Positions 38,440-47,332 of a stretch of 64,000 nt of DNA are shown here, piece by piece. The position numbers and the translations under genes were made by a program. The notes under the pieces are model-generated. The model had not been told where the DNA came from. It searched no databases and was given only the letters and a program-made list of their open reading frames with translations. Source of the DNA: Spirochaetota bacterium (lineage in GTDB: Bacteria; Spirochaetota; Spirochaetia; Sphaerochaetales; Sphaerochaetaceae). Where the stretch lies: NCBI GenBank assembly GCA_918298275.1, contig CAKJZO010000007.1, forward strand, positions 6,612-70,611. The letters are read 5' to 3'. Within the stretch, counting starts at the first letter, position 1; each line of letters starts with the position of its first letter.

Positions 38440-38543
38440 GAGATGTATGTCTCCTTTTCTATAAACGTTACCCTGTTATGTGCCTTACAAAAGTTTGGGC
38501 CGCCCGCCAGGCAGGCAGCCCATTGTTGGATTCAGACGATGAA

Positions 38544-39536
38544 TCAAAGGAATGTTGCGAACTCGGCGCGGAGCTGCTTCTTGAGGTCTCCTGCTTCCTT
38601 TGCATCATACTCGAAGAACGGAAGCTCATCGAGAGCGGGGAGGAAATCAGGTCCGCCGACTTCTGTTGAAACAGGTCTTCTTCCGAGGCTTCTGATGGTC
38701 TCAGCACCACCCTTGCCGGTGAACCAGTCCATGAAGATCTTTGCAGCCTCGAGGTTCTTGCAGCCATCGATGATTCCTGCACCCTCGATTCTTCTGCCGG
38801 TTCCTTCCTGCGGATAGAGGTAGGTGACCGGGCTGCCGTTCTTCATTGCGCTGGAAACGTTGCTCTCACCTGTCATGGTAAGTGCATACTCTCCGCGTGC
38901 GACTGCCTGCGGGCCGGCCTTGGAATCTGTTACATAGACTGTTCCGTTCTGTGCGATGGCCTTTGCCAGGCTGAGGTCGCCTGTGAGCTTGTACATCATG
39001 TAGAGCTGTGCATAAGCGCTTCCGGATGATGACGGGTCTGTCATGATGATCTTGCCCTTGTACTTGGGATCTGCCAGGTCATACCATGACTTGGGGATGT
39101 CATCGCCCTTGAGAAGGTCTGTGTTGTACATGAATGTCTGAAGCGGCATTGAACAGGCATACCATCTTCCTTCGGCATCCTTGTATGCGGCATCGAACTT
39201 TGCATCATTGACGTTCTTGTAGGCGTAGAGGTTCTTTGCCATGGGCTCAAGGCTGTCCTGAGCAATCAAAAGAACGACGTCAGAGTCTGAAGACTTCTGC
39301 TGAACCAGAGTGAGAACGTCACCGGAGTCCTTCTCGAGGTGGGTCACTGTGATGTTGGGATACTCCTTGTTGAATGCCTCGATGAGAGCAATGCTCTCGG
39401 CTTCCTTTCCTGCGCTGAGAAGAACGAGCTCCATCTTCTCGGGCTGTGCTGCCGGAGCAGCCTCGGGGGCACCCTGTGCGAACACTGCCGAAATGGCAAG
39501 TGCTACAACCAAAACAATAGCTAATGTTTTCTTCAT
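38544..39536 (-). CDS. ABC transporter periplasmic substrate-binding protein (Fe3+/polyamine-like family)
   Basis: 330 aa with the signal peptide MKKTLAIVLVVALAISAVFAQG. It is the first gene of the SBP-ATPase-permease operon. Confidence 0.75.
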   Translation of the reverse strand: MKKTLAIVLVVALAISAVFAQGAPEAAPAAQPEKMELVLLSAGKEAESIALIEAFNKEYPNITVTHLEKDSGDVLTLVQQKSSDSDVVLLIAQDSLEPMAKNLYAYKNVNDAKFDAAYKDAEGRWYACSMPLQTFMYNTDLLKGDDIPKSWYDLADPKYKGKIIMTDPSSSGSAYAQLYMMYKLTGDLSLAKAIAQNGTVYVTDSKAGPQAVARGEYALTMTGESNVSSAMKNGSPVTYLYPQEGTGRRIEGAGIIDGCKNLEAAKIFMDWFTGKGGAETIRSLGRRPVSTEVGGPDFLPALDELPFFEYDAKEAGDLKKQLRAEFATFL

Positions 39537-39606
39537 ATTAGCCTCCTATGCGTGTTATCTTTGATAATTTTACCATATTAACTAAATAAAACAATAAAAA
39601 ATGATG

Positions 39607-39635
39607 TGCAGATTAACCGATACCCTTAATCTGCA
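39607..39635. promoter_or_regulatory. Perfect 10-bp inverted repeat in the divergent promoter region upstream of nagB
   Basis: TGCAGATTAA-N9-TTAATCTGCA, lying 9 bp upstream of a TATAAT hexamer (39645-39650). Confidence 0.35.
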
Positions 39636-39695
39636 TTTCAGTGTTATAATCAAACACGATTCGATGCCGGGTGTGCATCATGGAGGAGAATTGAC

Positions 39696-40430
39696 ATGAA
39701 CATCAACATAAGCGTTTCATCGACTGCTGCAGAAAACGGCAGAAAGGCTGCAGTCAAGGCTGCAGAGCTCATCAACAAGGCAATTGCCGAAAAAGGCCAT
39801 GCAAGGATAATCCTTTCCACAGGCGCAAGCCAGTTCGAGATGTTCGAGAACCTCGTCAAACAGCCCGTACAGTGGTCAAAGGTCGAGATGTTCCACCTTG
39901 ACGAGTATGTCAACCTTCCGGAGACCCACATCGCCTCATTCCGCAAGTATCTCAAGGAAAGATTCGTCAATATCGTCCATCCGGGTGCAGTGCACTTCGT
40001 CGGTGACGGAGACCCGAAGCAGAATATCGAGGAGCTTACGCGTGAGCTCAGAAAGGATGTGGTGGATGTAGGCCTTATCGGAATAGGCGAGAACGGACAC
40101 ATTGCCTTCAACGATCCACCGGCTGATTTCGATGCAACGGAGGCCTACAGGATCGTCAATCTCGACCACAAGTGCCGCATGCAGCAGGTGGGAGAGGGCT
40201 GGTTCGCAACCGAGGATGATGTTCCCAGGCAGGCGATCTCGATGCTTCCGAAGCAGATCATGGCATGCAGGGCGATAGTCTCAGTAGTCCCTCATGCAGT
40301 TAAGGCCAAGGCTGTCTATGACACCATCACGCAGCCCGTGAACAACATGGTACCGGCAACACTGCTGAAGACCCACCCCGAATGGTACCTCTACATCGAT
40401 GACGATGCAGCTTCGATGCTGATAAAGTGA
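39696..40430 (+). CDS. nagB: Glucosamine-6-phosphate deaminase family protein
   Basis: 244 aa with the motifs ILSTGASQ, FHLDEY and GIGENGHIAFNDP. Confidence 0.78.
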   Translation: MNINISVSSTAAENGRKAAVKAAELINKAIAEKGHARIILSTGASQFEMFENLVKQPVQWSKVEMFHLDEYVNLPETHIASFRKYLKERFVNIVHPGAVHFVGDGDPKQNIEELTRELRKDVVDVGLIGIGENGHIAFNDPPADFDATEAYRIVNLDHKCRMQQVGEGWFATEDDVPRQAISMLPKQIMACRAIVSVVPHAVKAKAVYDTITQPVNNMVPATLLKTHPEWYLYIDDDAASMLIK

Positions 40431-40446
40431 TTGGTGACCTGATATG

Positions 40447-40480
40447 TAAAACCGGCTTCGAGAGGAGCCGGTTTTTGTTT
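40447..40480. terminator. Bidirectional terminator
   Basis: AAAACCGGCT-TCGAGAGG-AGCCGGTTTTTGTTT between convergent genes. Confidence 0.7.
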
Positions 40481-41459
40481 AGAAGAAGAACTGGAACGCC
40501 ACGTAGGCTGCGTAGATGATCAGCAGCAGTATGCCCTGATATCTTCTGAGCTTCTTTGTGCAGAGGGCAGGAACGGTCATGAAGGCCATCACGAAGAACA
40601 TCAGCGGGATATCCACGACCAGGGATGCATTGTGTCCGGCAATCAGCTTGTCTGCCGGGATGCTGAACGGATTGATGGTTACGGCCATTCCGCTGACCAG
40701 CACAAGGTTGAACAGGTTTGCTCCGACGATGTTTCCCAGAGACAGGGAGGAATGACCCTTCACGAGGGATGTGATTGCCGTCACCAGTTCCGGCAACGAA
40801 GTGCCGAGGGCAATGAAGGTAAGGGCGATTACGGACTCCGGAACACCCAGACCGGCTGCGATGATCTTTCCGTTATCGACCAGAAGCTTTGCTCCGACGG
40901 CAATGACTGCGGCTCCGATAATCAGCAGAACGAGGTCCTTCCACAGGGGTTTGTCTGTTTTTTCTTCACTCTCATCGTCTTCCGGGTCCATCACAAGTTT
41001 TCCACTGAAGGCCTGTCTGATTGTGATTGCCATGTAGATGAGGAAGATTGCCAAAAGGATTATGCCTACGAGTCTGGAGAAGAAACCTGTGCTGTAGGCG
41101 ATTGCCGAGTAGAAGATTGCCGCGATGAAGAAGAATATGATCGGAGTCCTGAATGTCCTTGTATCGACGTCGAGGCTGCTCTTTGCCGCAATCGTTATAG
41201 CGGCAATCAGGGCCGTGTTGCAGATGCAGGAACCTATGGCATTGCCGTATGCCGTCTGGCTCTGTCCGACTGCAGCTGCCAGGGAGGAAACCATAACCTC
41301 GGGAATCGTTGTTCCTATGGAAACAATCGTTGCTCCGATGAGAATCTCCGGAATGTGGTAGCGGTGGGCTATTCCCACGGCACCGTCGACGAACCAGTCG
41401 CCGCCTTTGATCAGAAGCACAAAACCGACAAGAAACAGAACAATTGCCAAGAACATCAC
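40479..41459 (-). CDS. Ca2+/Na+ antiporter (CaCA, YrbG-like)
   Basis: 326 aa with two alpha-repeat motifs: GATIVSIGTTIPE and ALGTSLPELVT. Confidence 0.85.
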   Translation of the reverse strand: MMFLAIVLFLVGFVLLIKGGDWFVDGAVGIAHRYHIPEILIGATIVSIGTTIPEVMVSSLAAAVGQSQTAYGNAIGSCICNTALIAAITIAAKSSLDVDTRTFRTPIIFFFIAAIFYSAIAYSTGFFSRLVGIILLAIFLIYMAITIRQAFSGKLVMDPEDDESEEKTDKPLWKDLVLLIIGAAVIAVGAKLLVDNGKIIAAGLGVPESVIALTFIALGTSLPELVTAITSLVKGHSSLSLGNIVGANLFNLVLVSGMAVTINPFSIPADKLIAGHNASLVVDIPLMFFVMAFMTVPALCTKKLRRYQGILLLIIYAAYVAFQFFF

Positions 41460-41493
41460 AAACTCCTAATGCAACATGCCAGTATTATCGGCA

Positions 41494-41889
41494 TTATATG
41501 GGAAAAGATGGTTTTTTGACAGTATTTGCAGCACCGGTATTCCTGTTTTCGACAATCAGCACCTTTGCGGATTCCCCGGTTATGTTTGCGTGCCATGTAC
41601 CTTTTTTGACAACGAAGACTTTCCCTTTTTCCAAAGGATGCTCCGTAATTGTTCCGATTTCCTCATCGCCATCTCCAAGTAGGAGGCTCGCTTCCCCTTC
41701 AAGAAGGATGAAAGCTTCGTCGGTTTCAAGATGTTTTCCAAAGCTCTTCAGATTTTCTTTTCGGAAAGAAGGATCATCATTTGTAATGGCAATCCTCCAG
41801 GATTCATAGTCATAGACCGGGCAATAGCCACCCTTATCAGATTCAATGATAGAAAAAAAGTCCTTGTCCTTCGGTTTTTCGGTACTCAT
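41494..41889 (-). CDS. Cupin-fold protein of unknown function
   Basis: 131 aa with a beta-rich C-terminal half (FILLEGEASLLLGD...VFVVKKGTWHA) typical of small cupins. Confidence 0.5.
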   Translation of the reverse strand: MSTEKPKDKDFFSIIESDKGGYCPVYDYESWRIAITNDDPSFRKENLKSFGKHLETDEAFILLEGEASLLLGDGDEEIGTITEHPLEKGKVFVVKKGTWHANITGESAKVLIVENRNTGAANTVKKPSFPI

Positions 41890-41969
41890 TTGCCTGATAA
41901 TATAGCATAAAGAACAATTCGTTGACTACTGACATATGGGGATGCAAGATTAAATAAAGGAGAAGCAAA

Positions 41970-43238
41970 ATGGTACTAACATTCCCTTACGGACGGGAGA
42001 CACGATCTCTGGACGTGCAGGACAATCGGATTGATGGGATTCTTGTTTCGGGCATACATGATTACAGGCCGGAGCAATCCCCGGAAAAGCTCGTTGCCGA
42101 TGCCTTGGCAAACCCAATAGGAAGTCCGAGGCTGAGCGAACTGGCAAAAGACCGAAAAAACATTGTTCTCATCTGCAGCGACCATACACGTCCGGTCCCC
42201 AGCAAGGTCATAGTCCCCCAGATGCTAAGGGAAATGCGCAGGGGAAATCCCGAAGCACAGATAACGATTCTTATCAGCACCGGATGCCACAGACCGACGA
42301 CACGGGAGGAACTTGAGTCCAAGTTCGGCAAGGATATCGTCCGGGAAGAAAGAATCGTAGTCCATGATTGCGACAAGTCCCCGATGGTAAGTCTGGGGAT
42401 GCTTCCGAGCGGTGGAGAACTGATAGTCAACGCTCTTGTGGCACAGGCGGACCTTGTCTGCTCCGAAGGCTTCATCGAGCCGCACTTCTTCGCAGGGTTC
42501 TCCGGTGGACGTAAATCCATTCTTCCCGGTGTTGCCTCCAGAAAAACCGTCATGGCCAATCACTGTTCCGAATTCATTGCAAGCGAGTACTCGAGGACCG
42601 GAATACTGAAAGGGAACCCCATTCACAAGGATATGATATGGGCTGCCAGACAGGCCAAACTCCGTTTCGTGTGCAACGTCGTGATCGATTCCGATAAGAA
42701 AGCCATCTTTGCAGTTGCCGGGGATCTGGAGAAAGCCCATGAGAAGGGTTGCAGTTTCCTGTCAGCTCTCTGCGGAGCCAAGCGCAGGATAGCAGATATA
42801 GTGATAACCACGAACGGCGGTTATCCGCTCGACCAGAACATATATCAGTCCGTCAAGGGTATGACAGCTGCAGAAGCAACCGTCCGAGACGGAGGTGTGA
42901 TAATAATGCTGGCAGCATGCAATGACGGCCATGGCGGGCAGTCGTTCTTCGACCAGCTTGCCGGAGCTTCGGATCTGAACTTTGCGATGAATGAGATTCT
43001 CAGCAGGGGCAGGGACCGGACCATACCGGATCAGTGGGAGGCGCAGATTCTCATAAGAATCCTGTTGAAGGCAAAGGTCATCCTCGTGTCGGAAGCCCCC
43101 GATGATATGGTCAGGGCAATGCATATGATTCCTTCTCACAGTCTGCAGCAGGCTCTTGAACAGGCAGAAGCGATAATCGGAAACAAAGAAGCTACAGTAA
43201 CAGCTATACCGGATGGAGTCTCCGTGATGGTTGTATAA
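41970..43238 (+). CDS. larA: LarA-family nickel-pincer-dependent 2-hydroxyacid racemase/epimerase
   Basis: 422 aa with LarA blocks CSDHTRPVPS, PHFFAGFSGGRKSILPG (including the cofactor Lys region) and GNPIHKD. Confidence 0.8.
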   Translation: MVLTFPYGRETRSLDVQDNRIDGILVSGIHDYRPEQSPEKLVADALANPIGSPRLSELAKDRKNIVLICSDHTRPVPSKVIVPQMLREMRRGNPEAQITILISTGCHRPTTREELESKFGKDIVREERIVVHDCDKSPMVSLGMLPSGGELIVNALVAQADLVCSEGFIEPHFFAGFSGGRKSILPGVASRKTVMANHCSEFIASEYSRTGILKGNPIHKDMIWAARQAKLRFVCNVVIDSDKKAIFAVAGDLEKAHEKGCSFLSALCGAKRRIADIVITTNGGYPLDQNIYQSVKGMTAAEATVRDGGVIIMLAACNDGHGGQSFFDQLAGASDLNFAMNEILSRGRDRTIPDQWEAQILIRILLKAKVILVSEAPDDMVRAMHMIPSHSLQQALEQAEAIIGNKEATVTAIPDGVSVMVV

Positions 43239-43255
43239 AAACAGGTAAAAAAGAT

Positions 43256-43284
43256 TTGACATCCATCTTCCGGTGTTTTAGTCT
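43256..43284 (+). promoter_or_regulatory. Candidate sigma70-type promoter of the GntR-led operon
   Basis: TTGACA (43256-43261), a 17-bp spacer, then TAGTCT (43279-43284). Confidence 0.35.
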
Positions 43285-43308
43285 GACATTAGAAGTTGTC
43301 AGACAACT
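43281..43308. promoter_or_regulatory. Candidate GntR/FadR-type operator
   Basis: A 15-bp perfect palindrome AGTTGTCaGACAACT (43294-43308) and an inverted repeat GTCTGACA/TGTCAGAC (43281-43288/43297-43304). The GT-N-AC core is typical of GntR-family sites. It lies about 30 bp upstream of the regulator gene. Confidence 0.45.
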
Positions 43309-43339
43309 GACAAATAGCATCGGCTTAATGAACTGAGTA

Positions 43340-44035
43340 ATGAGTATGGAACTTCATAAGGTTATATGCCCTGAGCAGCTTGAGAGAAGAGATCTGAAGA
43401 CAGATGTAGTTGTCATGCAGCTCAAAAAGTACATCATTGACAATAATCTTACTGCTGGTGAAAAACTTCCGACTGAGGCTGAACTGTCATCTGCCCTTCA
43501 TGTTTCCCGTTCTGCAATAAGGGAAGCCATGAAAGCACTGGAAAGCCTGGGATTGATAATGACTGTTCAGGGGAAGGGGCGGTTCATAAAAGAGTTCGAT
43601 TACAGAAAACTCATTGACGCAATGACATATAACGTTCAAGTTGGGTACAAGGATTTTCAGGAAGTACTTCAGGTCAGAAAAGCTTTGGAATATTTCTTTA
43701 TTCCTGAGGCTATGAAAAATATGACAAAGTCAGATTGCTGTGAGCTGGATCAGGTGGTAGACCAGATGGAGATTGACGTGAATGAAGGCAAGTCTTACAG
43801 CTCCATTGCAGAGACTCATGCAAAATTCCATCAGATACTGTACAGGAACTTGGGAAACAAACTGCTTGATGCGCTGATTTCAATGTTCGCTTTTTTCCAG
43901 AAGATGTTGGATAAGACAATTGACAATAAAGAGCTGTTCATCCAAGAACACAGAAGCATGATAGAAAGTCTCAGACTGGGAGACGTTGATGGAATGAGGG
44001 AGAAAATATTCAGGCATTTCCATGATTTTGCATGA
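43340..44035 (+). CDS. GntR-family transcriptional regulator, FadR/FCD subfamily
   Basis: 231 aa with the N-terminal winged HTH (LPTEAELSSALHVSRSAIREAMKALESLGLI) and a C-terminal all-helical FCD-like domain. Confidence 0.85.
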   Translation: MSMELHKVICPEQLERRDLKTDVVVMQLKKYIIDNNLTAGEKLPTEAELSSALHVSRSAIREAMKALESLGLIMTVQGKGRFIKEFDYRKLIDAMTYNVQVGYKDFQEVLQVRKALEYFFIPEAMKNMTKSDCCELDQVVDQMEIDVNEGKSYSSIAETHAKFHQILYRNLGNKLLDALISMFAFFQKMLDKTIDNKELFIQEHRSMIESLRLGDVDGMREKIFRHFHDFA

Positions 44036-44042
44036 GGGGACT

Positions 44043-44801
44043 ATGAGAAAGGAACAGGTTCAGTATTACAACACGGTTTTGGGGATCTATGACAAGATTC
44101 TTAACAATAATCCTCAACTTGAGGATGCCGCGCGGGTAATTGCACAGAGCATTGCCAGAGGTCAGTTGATTCATGTTATAGGAACCGGCGGACATTCCAA
44201 CATGGCTGCGGAAGAGCTTTTGTGGAGGGCCGGAGGTCTTGCTCCCATCAATGCCATTCTTGATGCAGGAACCAACCTCATTCATGGGGCAAAAAGATCC
44301 AATATAATCGAGAGGACAGAGGGCTATACAGAAAAGGTCTTCAATGTATACAACGTCGGGAAAACTCCGAACGAAGTTATCATCATTGCCAATGCCTATG
44401 GAATCAATGCAATGACAATTGATGCGGTGATTGAAGCTAGAAAACGCGGTATGACATCGATAGCCATAACTTCCACGGGGTTTGCTGATTCTGTTCCGAA
44501 AGGAGTTCCCTCAAGGCACTCGTCCGGAATGAACCTCTATCAGGAGGCAGACTACTTCATCAACAACTTCATGCCATACGGGGATGCTGTTGTTGATATA
44601 GATGGATGTAATCAGAAGACCGCACCCACATCCACGCTATGCAATACATTCGCCATCAATCTTCTGATGTTGACTGCCGTCGCAATTCTGAAGGAGATGG
44701 GGATTGATCCTCCTCTTTGGACAAGCGCAAACCTGCCGGACGGAGACAGAAAGAACAAAGCCCTTGAGGAGCAGTATGCCTCAAGAGTCAAACATCTTTG
44801 A
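44043..44801 (+). CDS. Single-SIS-domain protein, UPF0309-like (uncharacterised family), paralogue 1
   Basis: The ATG at 44043 gives MRKEQVQYYNTV, which aligns residue for residue with paralogue 2 (MTEAVEQYYNSV). It has the SIS block HVIGTGGHSNMAAEELLWRAGGL and the C-terminal ...RVKHL. Confidence 0.7.
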   Translation: MRKEQVQYYNTVLGIYDKILNNNPQLEDAARVIAQSIARGQLIHVIGTGGHSNMAAEELLWRAGGLAPINAILDAGTNLIHGAKRSNIIERTEGYTEKVFNVYNVGKTPNEVIIIANAYGINAMTIDAVIEARKRGMTSIAITSTGFADSVPKGVPSRHSSGMNLYQEADYFINNFMPYGDAVVDIDGCNQKTAPTSTLCNTFAINLLMLTAVAILKEMGIDPPLWTSANLPDGDRKNKALEEQYASRVKHL

Positions 44802-44812
44802 GAGGGTGACAA

Positions 44813-45586
44813 ATGATAGAATTCAGAGTTGACAAGCTTTCTGTCTTAGTAGCGGACAACAACCAGGAGATGGGAAGAACAGCGGCTGAGGCAATTGCCG
44901 CGGATTTGAGAAAACTGGCTCGTGAAAAGGAAGAAATCAGGGTCATGTTCGCTGCGGCACCATCTCAGAACACCATGTTTGAGGCGCTTTGCGGCCTGAA
45001 GGATATTCCCTGGGAGAAGATAGTTGCATTTCATATGGATGAATACATAGGAATCGGCATTGATAGGCCCCAGTCTTTCAGGGCTTTCCTTAAAAATGCC
45101 ATATTCGGCAAAAAGCCTTTCAAGGCTGTAAACCTGATAGAAGGTGATGCAAAAGACATTGAAAGCACCATCAGCCGCTATGAGGGGATGTTGCGTGAGA
45201 AACCTATGGACATGATTGTGCTAGGAATCGGAGAGAACGGACACATCGCCTTCAATGATCCCGCTGTAGCTGATTTCAATGACGAGCATCTGGTGAAAAT
45301 TGTGGAACTCGACGATATCTGCAGGCAGCAACAGGTCAATGACGGATGCTTTGCAACTATTGATGATGTCCCAAAACAAGCTCTTACCGTTACAATTCCC
45401 GCATTTATGACGGCAGGAGTCCTTCATTGTGTTGTTCCAAATGTCCGTAAAGCAAATGCTGTGAAAAATGCCCTTCATGGGCCTGTGGGAGAAAAGTGCC
45501 CCGCATCAATACTTAGGACGCATGATAATGCGCACCTGTATCTGGATGCTGGAAGCGCCTCTCTTCTCTGTAATCGTATGGAATAA
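44813..45586 (+). CDS. Glucosamine-6-phosphate deaminase-like protein, paralogue of 39696..40430
   Basis: 257 aa with the motifs FAAAPSQ, FHMDEY, GIGENGHIAFNDP and CRQQQVNDGCFATIDDVP. The last aligns with CRMQQVGEGWFATEDDVP in the other copy. Confidence 0.75.
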   Translation: MIEFRVDKLSVLVADNNQEMGRTAAEAIAADLRKLAREKEEIRVMFAAAPSQNTMFEALCGLKDIPWEKIVAFHMDEYIGIGIDRPQSFRAFLKNAIFGKKPFKAVNLIEGDAKDIESTISRYEGMLREKPMDMIVLGIGENGHIAFNDPAVADFNDEHLVKIVELDDICRQQQVNDGCFATIDDVPKQALTVTIPAFMTAGVLHCVVPNVRKANAVKNALHGPVGEKCPASILRTHDNAHLYLDAGSASLLCNRME

Positions 45587-45692
45587 AAAAGTGGCGGAGA
45601 GCTTCTTTGAGGAGTATGATTTAAGAGGTTGTCCGCCAACCGATTTTAGAAAACATGCCGCGTTGCGGCTAAAAACATCAGGAGGATAAAAG

Positions 45693-47207
45693 ATGAAGAA
45701 AATTCTCGTTGTTCTGCTTCTTCTGACAGCTATGGTCTCTGTGTTCGCACAGGGAGCTTCAGAACAGAAGGCAACAGTTGCCAAGGATTCAGTGACACTG
45801 GTAATCTCCGGAAACCCGTATCGTTTCTACGCTCTTTCAGCAAAGGGCTGCGGTGGAGATGATAACCTGGTTCTTGCCAACGTCTACGATTGTCTGCTCT
45901 GTCTTGAGCCGGACGGAACTCTCTCACCTGCATTAGCAGAGAGCTATGACCTTTCAGCTGATGGTCTGACATACACATTCCATCTGCGCAAGGGTGTCAA
46001 GTTCCATGATGGTTCGGAAATGACGGCAGAAGATGTCAAATTCACTTTGGACAAGGGTTCTGCAGGTCCTCTCGGAGCAGCTCTGTTCATCAACTTCGAT
46101 CACTGTGACATTATCGATGAATACACAGTGGCAGTTACACTTTCAAGCCCGTTTGCTGCATTCCCGTATGGAATCGCCAGCCGTCTGGGCGGAATCTGCA
46201 GCAAGGCCTATTATGAGAAGGTCGGTGATGACGGATATATGGAGAACCCAATTGGAACCGGTGCATATAAGCTCGTCGAGTATGTCAACGGTGACCATAT
46301 TGTCCTTGAGGCATTTGAGGATCACTGGAGAGGCGCACCGGCAATCAAGACCGCAAGGATTGTCATGGTCGCTGATACCAATACAAAGATCCTCGGACTC
46401 CAGAACGGTGATTACGATGTCATGAAGGATCCTGGAATCGAGCAGTGCACACGTTTCGAGTCCGTCAAGGGAATCGGCACCGCAGTCGGTGATTCAACCG
46501 CCCGTATCACAGTCAATATCAACGCATGGAGCGGCATCGGAACAGACATCAATTTCAGAAAGGCTCTCCAGTATGCAATCAACAAGGATGACATTAACAA
46601 GGCCGTTAACAATGGCGCTGCAAAGATCCTGACCGTTGATATCTGTCCGATGTACGGTGGATATCCCGACCATATCCAGGGTGTCGAGTATAATGCTGAA
46701 AAGGCAAAGGAGTATCTGGCAAAGTCCTCATACAAGGGCGAGCCGTGGTCAATCACTTGCAAAGCTGGCACAACCTATGAGACAGCAGCAAAGGTCATGC
46801 AGGCTCAGCTGCTTGAAGTCGGAATCAACTGTGAGGTTGAAGCTGTTGACAACATGACATATGAGGAGAAGGGAAAGAAGAGAAACTTCGACTGCAGAAT
46901 AGTTGAAGAGGCCTCATCTCTTATCGATGCAGACTCAATCGCAACACAGTTCACTCCATCAAGATTCGACGAGGCAGTCTGGTATCCGCGTGCAATGGAA
47001 ATCTATGAGATGGCTCAGAAGGGAAGATCTCTCCAGGGTCAGGAGAGAAAGAACCTCTATGGTGATATTGCTCAGATCCTCATTGACGAGGCTTACACGA
47101 TTCCTCTCTATAACGGTGTCAACACAGTTGCATATAACTCAGATCTCCAGGGTGTTAAGGCACACTGCCTGAGCTACTATGTATTCCGCTATTGGTCATG
47201 GAAGTAA
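45693..47207 (+). CDS. ABC transporter substrate-binding protein, family 5 (Dpp/Opp type)
   Basis: 504 aa with the signal peptide MKKILVVLLLLTAMVSVFAQG and family 5 blocks (YTFHLRKGVKFHDGSEMTAEDVKFT). Confidence 0.85.
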   Translation: MKKILVVLLLLTAMVSVFAQGASEQKATVAKDSVTLVISGNPYRFYALSAKGCGGDDNLVLANVYDCLLCLEPDGTLSPALAESYDLSADGLTYTFHLRKGVKFHDGSEMTAEDVKFTLDKGSAGPLGAALFINFDHCDIIDEYTVAVTLSSPFAAFPYGIASRLGGICSKAYYEKVGDDGYMENPIGTGAYKLVEYVNGDHIVLEAFEDHWRGAPAIKTARIVMVADTNTKILGLQNGDYDVMKDPGIEQCTRFESVKGIGTAVGDSTARITVNINAWSGIGTDINFRKALQYAINKDDINKAVNNGAAKILTVDICPMYGGYPDHIQGVEYNAEKAKEYLAKSSYKGEPWSITCKAGTTYETAAKVMQAQLLEVGINCEVEAVDNMTYEEKGKKRNFDCRIVEEASSLIDADSIATQFTPSRFDEAVWYPRAMEIYEMAQKGRSLQGQERKNLYGDIAQILIDEAYTIPLYNGVNTVAYNSDLQGVKAHCLSYYVFRYWSWK

Positions 47208-47259
47208 GTGATCAATCTGGTGGTCATTATGATCGCCGATGATTATCTTTTCACGTTCC

Positions 47260-47291
47260 CATGTGGCGTTGAGACTTCCCAACGCCACATG
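47260..47291 (+). other. Intercistronic stem-loop after the SBP gene
   Basis: A perfect 12-bp stem CATGTGGCGTTG/CAACGCCACATG with an 8-nt loop and no T-tract. It sits in the 125-bp gap before the permease gene. Confidence 0.6.
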
Positions 47292-47332
47292 CGTTTAATC
47301 ATCCACTTTTCCATTCTAAATGGAGGGAGCCT

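Noticed and set aside
45587-45692. Small hairpins (GCCGC-GTT-GCGGC and GGCGGA...TCCGCC) upstream of the Dpp-type binding-protein gene, as a possible regulatory RNA.
   Set aside because: The stems are short, or the loop is very long. There is no T-tract and no resemblance to a known leader. By eye they cannot be told apart from chance complementarity.
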